Source of the DNA: Candidatus Bathyarchaeia archaeon
GTDB taxonomy: Archaea > Thermoproteota > Bathyarchaeia > Bathyarchaeales > Bathycorpusculaceae
DNA: 32,000 nt
Assembly (NCBI GenBank): GCA_041479575.1
Contig: JBGOYH010000001.1
Span: 16-32,015 of the forward strand
Reading direction: 5' to 3'
Notes under the pieces: generated by a model
What the model was told of the DNA's origin: nothing
The model's input: only the letters and a program-made list of their open reading frames with translations
The model's database searches: none
Translations under genes and position numbers: made by a program
Part shown: piece by piece, positions 1 through 8,009 of the stretch
Layout of the letters: every line of letters begins with the position of its first letter
How positions within the stretch are numbered: position 1 is the first letter of the stretch

Positions 1-497
1 CAAGACCCGGTCAGCGGAAGCAGCACAGCAGGAGTCAAAACAAATGATGATGCTATGCCCACTTCCATACCTGTGAACATTACGCCACTGGCTAATGCGT
101 ATTCCTTGAAGGGAAACCATAGGCCTATGACTTTGGGAAGGTTCGGGTAAGCAATTGAGTAGCCTACTCCACATAAAAACATGGTAATCGCTAGCGTAGG
201 GAAACTTGTGGTGAACCCTCTTAATAGTCCAAAGACCCCCATAATCAGACCGCCGATTACTACGGTAGGCCGAACGCCGAATCGATCTGCAAACATTCCT
301 CCCGGAATGCAGAGTATGACTAAAGCTAACGGAATTAGCGCAACTAGGAACCCAACCTGCTCGAAAGTTATGCCTAGATCTCCCATCATTGTGACTATCA
401 TTGGGGTGAAGCAGAACCAAGACGCTCCAAGAGAGAACAACATCAACCAGGTTACTGCAGCCATCACCCAACGATAGCGCGAGACTTTTTCATTCAC
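1..497 (-). CDS. MFS transporter, N-terminal part (gene continues past the window start)
   Basis: Absent from the ORF track because it is open at the window edge. My minus-strand translation is VNEKVSRYRWVMAAVTWLMLFSLGASWFCFTPMIVTMMGDLGITFEQVGFLVALIPLALVILCIPGGMFADRFGVRPTVVIGGLIMGVFGLLRGF... This shows successive TM helices and the MFS loop motif GxxADRFGxR. The GTG at 497-495 has GGAGG 8 nt upstream. The N-terminus is paralogous to ORF 19032..20204. Confidence 0.8.
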   Translation of the reverse strand, partial: MNEKVSRYRWVMAAVTWLMLFSLGASWFCFTPMIVTMMGDLGITFEQVGFLVALIPLALVILCIPGGMFADRFGVRPTVVIGGLIMGVFGLLRGFTTSFPTLAITMFLCGVGYSIAYPNLPKVIGLWFPFKEYALASGVMFTGMEVGIASSFVLTPAVLLPLTGS

Positions 498-639
498 CTG
501 ACTGCCTCCATTCACACTCACGCTGTTCATTCCACAGTAGTTCTTCCCTGGATTCTTTGTATTTCTTCGCACATCAAGAGTTACCCAGATGTTGCAAGTG
601 GACGTCCTCACCGTCTCGGCTAGAAAGGTTTCTGAATCC

Positions 640-1347
640 TCATGTTAGTGCGAAGTAGACTCGCCTATTTTGCTTGCCCTTGTTTTCGGTTTTGAGCACT
701 TTTATCTGGCCGATCTCTTTCAGGTTTTTAACGTGAGTCCCACCGTCGGCTTGTCTATCAATGCCAACAACTTCTACGATCCGAAGGCGTGGTATGTCGG
801 GCGGAAAAGCTTCAGCCATTTTAATTACCCCTGGGATTTTCAAGGCTTCTTCTCTAGGCAGTTCATACCACTTGACAGGGATGTCCTTTCTGAACAGTTC
901 GTTGGCCCTGTCTATGTATTCCTTGAGGATTTTAGGATCGAATTTCTCCAAGCTGAAATCGAAGCGGACCTTGTCTTCTTCAAGCTGGTTTCCTGTGACG
1001 AGAGCGCCTGTGCCAGTGCACAAGAGTGAGGCGAAAACGTGGGCGGCTGTGTGGCTTCGCATGAGCCTGTATCTATGCTCCCAATCCAATACACAGTGCA
1101 CTTTGTCTCCTTCTTTCAAACTCGGACGGTCAACCTCATGGGATATATCTCCCGAGAATTTTCCAACGTAAACAACGTTGAAAGTCTCATTGCTTCTAAC
1201 TATCTTGCCAGTGTCCCAAGGCTGGCCCCCGCCTTTCGGATAGAAGATAGTTTGGTCCAAAACAACGTATTTTCCATCCTTGACCGAAACGACGACAGCG
1301 TCGCATTCTCTTAGGTAACTGTCCTCGAGGTATAATGCTTGAGTCAC
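640..1347 (-). CDS. alaX: AlaX-M type alanyl-tRNA editing protein (Ala/Thr-tRNA synthetase second additional domain family)
   Basis: The translation has LYLEDSYLRECDAVVV...LDQTIFYPKGGGQPWDTG, an HTAAHV (HxxxH) zinc motif, and a C-terminal xGGTH motif. The maximal ORF reaches 1452. I prefer the GTG at 1347 (M/V-TQALYLEDSY) because it gives the usual family N-terminus and has GGTGA 5 nt upstream. Confidence 0.8.
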   Translation of the reverse strand: MTQALYLEDSYLRECDAVVVSVKDGKYVVLDQTIFYPKGGGQPWDTGKIVRSNETFNVVYVGKFSGDISHEVDRPSLKEGDKVHCVLDWEHRYRLMRSHTAAHVFASLLCTGTGALVTGNQLEEDKVRFDFSLEKFDPKILKEYIDRANELFRKDIPVKWYELPREEALKIPGVIKMAEAFPPDIPRLRIVEVVGIDRQADGGTHVKNLKEIGQIKVLKTENKGKQNRRVYFALT

Positions 1348-1543
1348 AGCCTTCACCACGTTACCAACATTGCAACTTCTTTTTAAGCTTGAGGTTGAAA
1401 CGAGTGACTTGCAGACTAAATGAAGACAAGGCAAGCGGTCTTCCCTTTTCACTTAGCGCGCAGATTTTCAGGTTCACATCCTAACTCTTTATACTGGCGA
1501 GCCCTTATGGGAATAGTTGAAAGAGCCTTGGAGGTTTTAGCTA

Positions 1544-2491
1544 TTGGTCAAGTTTGGAGTACATTTACCTCAAGTTGCCGTTGATTACGACACAGTCAAA
1601 AGTGTGGCGTTAGAGTGTGAACGTGTTGGATTTCACTCTGTTTGGTTGACGGATCATCTCCTGCCAATTCTTGGGCCTCCGCAACAGTCTTATCTCGAAT
1701 GTTGGACAACCCTCTCGGCTTTAGCGGAGAGAACCGCCAATCTCAGGCTTGGGACAATGGTGCTTTGTAACCTGTTTCGGCATCCTCCAGTTTTGGCCAA
1801 GATGGCTTCTACCCTAGACGTGATCAGTCGCGGCAGGCTTGAGTTAGGTTTGGGGGCTGGCTGGTTCAAAACCGAGTTCGATTCCTATGGCTTGCCATTT
1901 CCAAAGGCGTCTGTTAGAATAGCGATGCTCCGGGAAGCTTTAGAGGTGATCAGAAAAATGTGGTCCGACGAGAAACCGACTTTCCAGGGAAAATACTACA
2001 GCATAAATGAGGCTTTATGCAACCCGAAGCCAATTCAGAAGCCTAATCCGCCAATCTGGATAGGTACTCTCAAAGGAGGCAAACTCATGTTCGAAACGAT
2101 CGCGAGATACGCGGACGGATGGGCCGTTGGAAGCTGGTATCTGCCTTCAATCAACGAATACAAGCAGAAGATGGAGCAGCTCAGATCTTACTGTTCAGAG
2201 GCAGGAAGAGAATTTGGCAGCTTGAAGAAGGCCCTGGGAGTAGGCTGTATTCTGGCTGAAAACAGAACCAAACTTGACGAAAAGACCAAGAAATTTAGAC
2301 CGGCACAAGTCTCCATCGAAAAGTGCGAGACAACCCAAACGCAAATATGTGGATTGCCAGACGACTGTGTAGAAATCCTGAGAAAATACGTTGACGCCGG
2401 GGTGGATCACTTCATGATGGACTTTCCAGACGTGACAGATCTTGAGACGATACGCCTTTTTGGAGACCACGTCATACCATTTCTCAAATAA
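1544..2491 (+). CDS. Luciferase-like monooxygenase (LLM) class, probably F420-dependent oxidoreductase
   Basis: The 315 aa protein begins MVKFGVHLPQ...GFHSVWLTDHL...LGTMVLCNLFRHPPVLAKMASTLDVISRGRLELGLGAGW, typical of the LLM TIM-barrel family. The start is TTG with GGAGGT 9 nt upstream. Confidence 0.8.
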   Translation: MVKFGVHLPQVAVDYDTVKSVALECERVGFHSVWLTDHLLPILGPPQQSYLECWTTLSALAERTANLRLGTMVLCNLFRHPPVLAKMASTLDVISRGRLELGLGAGWFKTEFDSYGLPFPKASVRIAMLREALEVIRKMWSDEKPTFQGKYYSINEALCNPKPIQKPNPPIWIGTLKGGKLMFETIARYADGWAVGSWYLPSINEYKQKMEQLRSYCSEAGREFGSLKKALGVGCILAENRTKLDEKTKKFRPAQVSIEKCETTQTQICGLPDDCVEILRKYVDAGVDHFMMDFPDVTDLETIRLFGDHVIPFLK

Positions 2492-2569
2492 TACGCTAGT
2501 TCATCAGTTCGCAAAAGAGAAAAAGATGGAAAGGCTCTTAGCTAAATCGCAGTTTGAGCCTTAGTTCTC

Positions 2570-3625
2570 TTAGGATTTGCCGAGTTTCTTTGCCCATTTA
2601 GCAAGCTCAGGATCCTTTTGCACTCCTTTGTCCTGGATCAGTTTCCCGTCAACCCACACGGACGTATTCATACAGATGCCATCGGTGTGAGATGGTGCCG
2701 GTATCGGTTTGCCGCCTGTCAGCATCTGACCTATGTAGCCGATTCCCCACTCGGTGGTCCCCCAGACTCTCTCGTCTTCCAAGACGTTCCCAGTCAGTTT
2801 TGCACCTGGGTTGCATCCGTAGCAAACGTGGGCCATGCTCCGCATGAGAGGATGGTTGAAACTCTTGAGCCAAGCATCGAAAACCATAGCATCTTGACCG
2901 CCTTCGATTTTCTCTATTTTTCCTTTCTTGATGCGGAGTATTACTGGTGTTTTGCATAAGCCCAGCGGCGGATTTATTGAGCCATCAAAAACTATTGTAC
3001 CGTTTATCGTCTCGAAAATGGGCGACCAGCCTATCTGGCCTCCAAGCATGTGGGATCCAGGCGTGTCTGCGTATCCTACTTCAAGTATCATCGGTCTCTT
3101 TGGATCATTGTTGAACTCAATATCAGTTCCTGCTGGCGTCGTCATCTTCACATGTTTGGCTGCCTTCGTCAATGCTTGCAGTCTTTCCTCGTACTTTTGC
3201 AGTGCCTTTATGTCGACCCTAGCGATCGTTCTCACCATCATGTCCACGTTCATTCCGACATAGCATGTGTGTCTGAGCTTCTTGTTGGCTTCCATGGCGT
3301 TCGTATATGGCGTTGAATAAAAGATCCACTCGTTATTGAACTCGCACCACGCGTCCGCAACCTTTAGCACCGCTTCGATCGCTTCCGCAGGCAGATCAGC
3401 ATCCGCGGCCTTGCCAACTCCTCGCGGGGAGGCGTTCCACATCACCAGAGGCTTCGCTCCGACCGCAAATGCAGCTGCCGCTGTGGCTTCAACTACACGA
3501 GGATCAGATTCGGTGTCTCCACTCACAACGAAAGTCTCTCCAGGTTTCAGTTTGAACCACTCTGCGACAAGCCTGTGTGCTGCTCTAGCCAACTCGTATT
3601 CATAGTATTGAGGCAATTTTGTCAC
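2570..3625 (-). CDS. M29 (aminopeptidase T)-like / NicX-like metalloenzyme family protein
   Basis: The 351 aa size and architecture fit the thermophilic aminopeptidase T / 2,5-dihydroxypyridine dioxygenase fold family, for example ...GGQIGWSP...HVCYGCNPGAKLTGNVLEDERVWGTTEWGIG...PSHTDG. The specific activity cannot be assigned. The GTG start is uncertain, with an alternative TTG 3 codons downstream. Confidence 0.6.
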   Translation of the reverse strand: MTKLPQYYEYELARAAHRLVAEWFKLKPGETFVVSGDTESDPRVVEATAAAAFAVGAKPLVMWNASPRGVGKAADADLPAEAIEAVLKVADAWCEFNNEWIFYSTPYTNAMEANKKLRHTCYVGMNVDMMVRTIARVDIKALQKYEERLQALTKAAKHVKMTTPAGTDIEFNNDPKRPMILEVGYADTPGSHMLGGQIGWSPIFETINGTIVFDGSINPPLGLCKTPVILRIKKGKIEKIEGGQDAMVFDAWLKSFNHPLMRSMAHVCYGCNPGAKLTGNVLEDERVWGTTEWGIGYIGQMLTGGKPIPAPSHTDGICMNTSVWVDGKLIQDKGVQKDPELAKWAKKLGKS

Positions 3626-3729
3626 TTCCAGAGAGACGTTATTTTTAAGGTCGCCTTATAAATCTTGTCAAAAATCTTTTAGGTGCGTTAACGATTCCAT
3701 TTTACCGTTGTCTTTGCAGAGGGAAAAGA

Positions 3730-4272
3730 ATGGATGTCTTTGAAGCCATAAAAGGACGTAGAAGCGTTAGGAAATACAAATTGAAGCAAGTTGAGAGAGA
3801 GCTAACCGAGAAACTGCTAAACGCAGCCCGTTGGGCACCATCGGGCAGCAATATTCAGCCTTGGCTATTCATAGTCGTAGAAGATCGCGATATTCTTGAG
3901 ATGATTCGCAAAATCTCTCCAGGCTATTTTGGTGAGGCGCCTTTGTCCATACTTGTTTGTTCTGACAGGACGAGAGCACACCGAATTGGAGGTGCACTGG
4001 GACGTGATTACCTGTCAATCGCAGACTGTGCGATGGCTACCGAGAACATATTGCTGGCGGCTTATGCGCTGGGACTGGGAACATGCGTTGTGAAATCCTT
4101 TTCCCACGCTGCCATGAAAGAGATAATTGAAATTCCGGAAGGCATAGAACCGGAGCTTCTGGTTATTGTTGGGTACGCTGACAGCGCTCCGGCTCCTCCG
4201 CGTCGAATTCCACTGAACGAGATTGTGTATCTTGACAAGTTCGGCCAAAAGCTTCCGCTTGGCGAGGTGTAG
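3730..4272 (+). CDS. Nitroreductase family protein
   Basis: The N-terminus MDVFEAIKGRRSVRKYKLKQV...LLNAARWAPSGSNIQPWLFIVV is the hallmark nitroreductase N-terminal motif. Length is 180 aa. Confidence 0.85.
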   Translation: MDVFEAIKGRRSVRKYKLKQVERELTEKLLNAARWAPSGSNIQPWLFIVVEDRDILEMIRKISPGYFGEAPLSILVCSDRTRAHRIGGALGRDYLSIADCAMATENILLAAYALGLGTCVVKSFSHAAMKEIIEIPEGIEPELLVIVGYADSAPAPPRRIPLNEIVYLDKFGQKLPLGEV

Positions 4273-4274
4273 AC

Positions 4275-4601
4275 TTGATGAGCGTAAGAAACAAGGGTAA
4301 CGAATATCTTTTCGAGCTCGCACTTTTTCTGGCTACGAGCGCACAGAACTGTATCGACGAGCCTCCTCTCTATGGCCCCTTCCGGCTGCTCGACGCGCTG
4401 AGCAGACTTGCAGACTTTCCAAAGCATTCTGCCGGTATGGATGACGATCCGTTTCTCAATGAAGCAAAAGTATTCGTGGACGAAAAGAAGTTCCTTGTAA
4501 CCACTGATGTAGAAGGGTTCAGACAGGCGGCCAACGAATTAGTTGAGAGGTTTGCGAAAGAACTCAAGAGAAGGTATGCAGAGGACAGAAAAGGAAAGTA
4601 A
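4275..4601 (+). CDS. Small conserved hypothetical protein (resembles DUF6092-type proteins), translationally coupled to the nitroreductase
   Basis: This 108 aa ORF starts 3 nt after the upstream stop, with GAGGTG at 4264-4269. The segment LFELALFLATSAQNCIDEPPLYGPFRLLDALSRL looks like a conserved helical domain. The family name is from memory and unverified. Confidence 0.5.
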   Translation: MMSVRNKGNEYLFELALFLATSAQNCIDEPPLYGPFRLLDALSRLADFPKHSAGMDDDPFLNEAKVFVDEKKFLVTTDVEGFRQAANELVERFAKELKRRYAEDRKGK

Positions 4602-4668
4602 GCAGGCTTTCTGTAGATGGAATGCTCGTTTACTATTGCAACTCCCCCGATCTACAATTCGGAAAGAG

Positions 4669-4676
4669 TTTTTAAT
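4669..4676 (+). promoter_or_regulatory. TATA-like box upstream of the proline racemase-family gene
   Basis: TTTTTAAT lies 33-40 nt upstream of the ATG at 4709, consistent with an archaeal promoter and a very short leader. Confidence 0.4.
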
Positions 4677-4708
4677 CACTAGAGAATTGGTTATTGACGT
4701 TGGTTTTC

Positions 4709-5725
4709 ATGAATCTGTCCAACCTTCTAACAGTCGTGGATCTTCACACCGCAGGCGAGCCGTTCAGGATAGTTACGAGCGGATTTCCGACCATTCACGG
4801 CAACAACATGCGGGAGAAAAACGCGTATGTAGAGAAGAACCTTGAAGACCTAAGAAGGATGGTTCTCTACGAACCGCGAGGCCGCAGTACAATGTGCGGA
4901 GCGTTCCTCATAGAGCCTACGGTTCCGGAAGCAGACGCAGGAGTGATATTCATGGAACCTATAGGCCTCGTCCCGATGTGCGGGCACGGATCGATTGCAG
5001 TAGCCAAATACTTGGTTGAGACTCGCCAGGTGAAAGTGACCGAGCCTCTTACGCAAGTCAGACTTGACACTCATGCAGGACTTGTAAGCCTTTTTGTGAA
5101 CGTGAAAAATGGAAAGGTTGGAGAGATAACTCTGAGAAACGTCGAGTCCTTCTCGTACCTTCGAGACGCCACGATCCATACCGAAGAATTCGGAAACATC
5201 AAGACTGATATTGCATATGGCGGCAGCTTGTACGCGATAGTCTCGGCAAAAGACGTTGGACTCAAGATGGTTCCTGATGAAGCTGGAAAACTGATCGAAT
5301 ATGGAGAGATCCTCAGGAGATCAATACAAGAACAAATAGGGATGAGACACCCTAAAGACAACAGTCTCGTAAAGGTTCTGTATATCCAATTCACCGGTCC
5401 TCCGACGCATCCTAAAGCGGACATGAAAAATGTGGTTGTCGTAGCACCAACAGGGCTGGATCGCTCGCCATGCGGCACAGGTACATCTGCCAGGATGGCT
5501 GATCTCTTCGCCAAAGGAAAAATGAAGGTTGGGGACGAACTTGTGCACGAAAGCCTTATCGGAACATTGTTCAGAGGAAAGATCGCAGGCGAGACCAGCG
5601 TCGGAGAATACCCTGCAATAATCCCAGAAGTCTCGGGCAACGCGTACATAACAGGCTTTCAGCAACTTGTTCTTGAGCCAGATGATCCATTGAACAGATC
5701 ATTTTTGCTTTTGGAAACTTCCTAA
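4709..5725 (+). CDS. Proline racemase / 4-hydroxyproline 2-epimerase family enzyme (Cys-Cys type)
   Basis: The translation has VVDLHTAGEPFRIV, the first catalytic Cys in VPMCGHGSIA and the second in LDRSPCGTGTSARMA. I prefer the ATG at 4709 over the TTG at 4694 because TTTTTAAT (4669-4676) lies 33-40 nt upstream. Confidence 0.85.
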   Translation: MNLSNLLTVVDLHTAGEPFRIVTSGFPTIHGNNMREKNAYVEKNLEDLRRMVLYEPRGRSTMCGAFLIEPTVPEADAGVIFMEPIGLVPMCGHGSIAVAKYLVETRQVKVTEPLTQVRLDTHAGLVSLFVNVKNGKVGEITLRNVESFSYLRDATIHTEEFGNIKTDIAYGGSLYAIVSAKDVGLKMVPDEAGKLIEYGEILRRSIQEQIGMRHPKDNSLVKVLYIQFTGPPTHPKADMKNVVVVAPTGLDRSPCGTGTSARMADLFAKGKMKVGDELVHESLIGTLFRGKIAGETSVGEYPAIIPEVSGNAYITGFQQLVLEPDDPLNRSFLLLETS

Positions 5726-5895
5726 CCTGGGACGCTTGGATGTCTCATCACCTACCAAGACTAAGGTTAATTATTGCCAAATGTTAGATCAGTGGCGAAG
5801 CATAGAGTTGAATGAAGGACACAGTCCAGACCTCAGAGGGCGTTAAGTGAACTCAGCATGCAGTGTGCGTTGAGAGTTGACTCGCATCAGACGCC

Positions 5896-6879
5896 TTAAA
5901 TCTCAACTTCCTTTCCGATTCCTTCCTTCTTTGCCTTGTCGTAAACCAGTTTCGCCACGGCAGCATCTTCAATAGCTATGCCCACGGCTTTCCAGCATGT
6001 TACTTCATCATCGGATGTTCTTCCGGGCTTTTTGCCGCCAACTATCTCGTGGAGTTCAGCGTAAATATCCTCTTGTGAAATTATTCCTCTTTTTATTGGG
6101 ACAATCAAGTCCCCAGTTTCAGCAAGGACACCTTCCTTGGTGTCGACAACGATTTTTGCCTTCTTGACTGTTGTGTCGTCGAGTTCTCTTCCTTCAGGCC
6201 CAGACACTCCAATCGAATTTACGTGGGCTCCCTTTGTCAGCCAATTTCCGTCTAAGACTGGAACTCTTGAGGTACTAGCTACAACTATGAGGTCAGAGTT
6301 TTCAACGCATTGTTTGCTGGTTTCAACGGTTTCCACGTCTAAGCCAAGTTTCTGTGAAATGTCCTTAGCAAATCCTTCCACTCTTCCAGGCGAGACGTCG
6401 TATGCTTTTACTTTTGCTATGTTTCTAAGGACTTCAGTCATGGCCCAGACTTGGGTTCTTGCCTGAACGCCTGTACCTATGACGCCTACTACTTTAGAAT
6501 CTCTTCGAGCAAGGTACTTAGTTGCAACTCCGCTGGCGGCACCTGTCCGTAGAGCAGTAAGATAAGCGCCTTCCATCATTGCGAGCGGTTTGCCGTTCTG
6601 CGGATCGCTCAGAAGAATTGAGGCCAGTATTGTTGGCAAACCATACTTCAAGTTTTCATCATATTGAGCAACTATCTTGATTGCTAGTGACTCACTCTCA
6701 CTGAGATAAGACGGCATATAATACATGAGACCCTTGTGCTTAGCCACATCAATGATTAAGCGCTTCGGGCAGACCGCTTTTCCTTCATGGAACTCGAGGA
6801 AGACCTTCTCTATTGCCTTGATAGCCTCCCTCATATCCACCAAGGATTCAACATCCTTTCTATCGAGGATTAGGACCAT
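5896..6879 (-). CDS. Ornithine cyclodeaminase / mu-crystallin family NAD(P) enzyme (candidate pyrroline-2-carboxylate reductase, OCD or archaeal alanine dehydrogenase)
   Basis: The 327 aa protein begins MVLILDRKDVESLVDMREAIKAIEKVF and carries the Rossmann motif VGVIGTGVQA. These are typical features of the OCD_Mu_crystallin family. Confidence 0.85.
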   Translation of the reverse strand: MVLILDRKDVESLVDMREAIKAIEKVFLEFHEGKAVCPKRLIIDVAKHKGLMYYMPSYLSESESLAIKIVAQYDENLKYGLPTILASILLSDPQNGKPLAMMEGAYLTALRTGAASGVATKYLARRDSKVVGVIGTGVQARTQVWAMTEVLRNIAKVKAYDVSPGRVEGFAKDISQKLGLDVETVETSKQCVENSDLIVVASTSRVPVLDGNWLTKGAHVNSIGVSGPEGRELDDTTVKKAKIVVDTKEGVLAETGDLIVPIKRGIISQEDIYAELHEIVGGKKPGRTSDDEVTCWKAVGIAIEDAAVAKLVYDKAKKEGIGKEVEI

Positions 6880-7010
6880 CTGACTGCTGCCTCAACCCTA
6901 AGGCGTGACTTTTACACTTAACTTTTTTCGTTTCAATAGAACAACGGAAAACAAGCACATTGCTGCCTAGAATTGAGCCCATGCCAAGAATACCATGCGC
7001 ATTACGCAAG

Positions 7011-7868
7011 TCATGAGCCCGTGCGGGAGCGGTTCTTAGCCAGGTTCGCCAAGCATACCCCTACTAGGGTGAACGCTGAGCCGAGAAGTGATTCGACGTT
7101 GAGGTTCTCTCCAAGGAATTGCCATCCGAAGAGCAGGGCGACTGCTGGAACGAGCAGGGTTGAACTTGAAAGGGTTATTGCCTCTTCATCTCTTAACAGA
7201 TGGAGCCAAAATACGTTCCCTAGAGCCAGTCCGCCTGCGGATGAATAGGCGACTATCGCTATGTACTGAGCGTTTGTCGGAAAAGTGAGACTGTTCATAC
7301 CCAAATCCAGGGCGGTGAAAAGTACTGAGCCAATGGCCAACTGCAGGAAAACCGCAATAAAGGGGTCTACATGGTTAAGCAATTTCTTATAATAGATGAC
7401 TGAGACTGCCCACAAGAATGCGGCGAAAAACATGATCAGACCAGACCCAAGAGTGAAAGAACCTGCTGTGTTAAGGAAGAGAATGACGACTCCTGTGAAC
7501 CCCACAGCGACTCCTAGAATCTTGTTGGCCGTAATTTTCTCGTTTAGGAATAGTGAGGCCAAACACAAGACGAGAAGTGGTTGGGTATAGGTGATTACGG
7601 CGCCGATGCCAGAGCTCTCTCGAACCAGTCCGACAATTTGCGCTGTGTTCATTGATACGTAGATCAGGCAATAAATCGTCAGCTTCGCTAAAGTTCCTAG
7701 GTCACGAGGAAGCTTCTTCCGAAACATAAAGAAAAAAGGAAAAAGGACAACTACAGAAACCAGAAATCGTTCCAGGAGCAAGGTTGAGGGTGAAGTGAAA
7801 CCCAAGGCTATCTTCATCAGAGAGTAGTTCGATCCCCAAAGTAACACCACGGCTATGAAGAGCGGCAT
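7011..7868 (-). CDS. EamA/DMT superfamily transporter
   Basis: The protein is highly hydrophobic with about 10 TM helices, starting MPLFIAVVLLWGSNYSLMKIALGF (duplicated EamA-domain pattern). The maximal ORF to 8135 adds 89 non-membrane residues and would overlap the divergent gene at 8010, so I chose the ATG at 7868. Confidence 0.8.
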   Translation of the reverse strand: MPLFIAVVLLWGSNYSLMKIALGFTSPSTLLLERFLVSVVVLFPFFFMFRKKLPRDLGTLAKLTIYCLIYVSMNTAQIVGLVRESSGIGAVITYTQPLLVLCLASLFLNEKITANKILGVAVGFTGVVILFLNTAGSFTLGSGLIMFFAAFLWAVSVIYYKKLLNHVDPFIAVFLQLAIGSVLFTALDLGMNSLTFPTNAQYIAIVAYSSAGGLALGNVFWLHLLRDEEAITLSSSTLLVPAVALLFGWQFLGENLNVESLLGSAFTLVGVCLANLAKNRSRTGS

Positions 7869-7952
7869 GTTTCGCAACTTCAAACCGTCTTTCCCCTCAC
7901 AGATTCCTTTTGAAACGCAAGGGTGATATAAAAACCAGATATCAAGAACGCT

Positions 7953-7973
7953 CTTGCGCGCAAGGTTTATACA
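7953..7973. promoter_or_regulatory. Perfect 12-bp palindrome CTTGCGCGCAAG abutting a TATA-like box (TTTATACA) in the divergent EamA / FAD-oxidoreductase promoter region
   Basis: The palindrome is at 7953-7964. TTTATACA at 7966-7973 lies 37-44 nt upstream of the ATG at 8010. A second AT box on the other strand, TTTTTATAT at 7926-7934, faces the EamA gene. Confidence 0.35.
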
Positions 7974-8009
7974 CCTTCCACTGGCGTTGAAGTAACTGCT
8001 GGGAAAATC

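Noticed and set aside
181-477. A 98 aa plus-strand ORF at the window start.
   Set aside because: It lies antisense to a clear MFS transporter reading frame and its low-complexity P/T/N-rich translation has no motif. I treat it as a shadow ORF. The same reasoning rejects the other long antisense ORFs inside confident genes, such as 670..1029, 761..1171, 2618..2959, 3336..3605, 5071..5649, 11090..11602, 12622..13002, 25392..25796 and 26164..26631.
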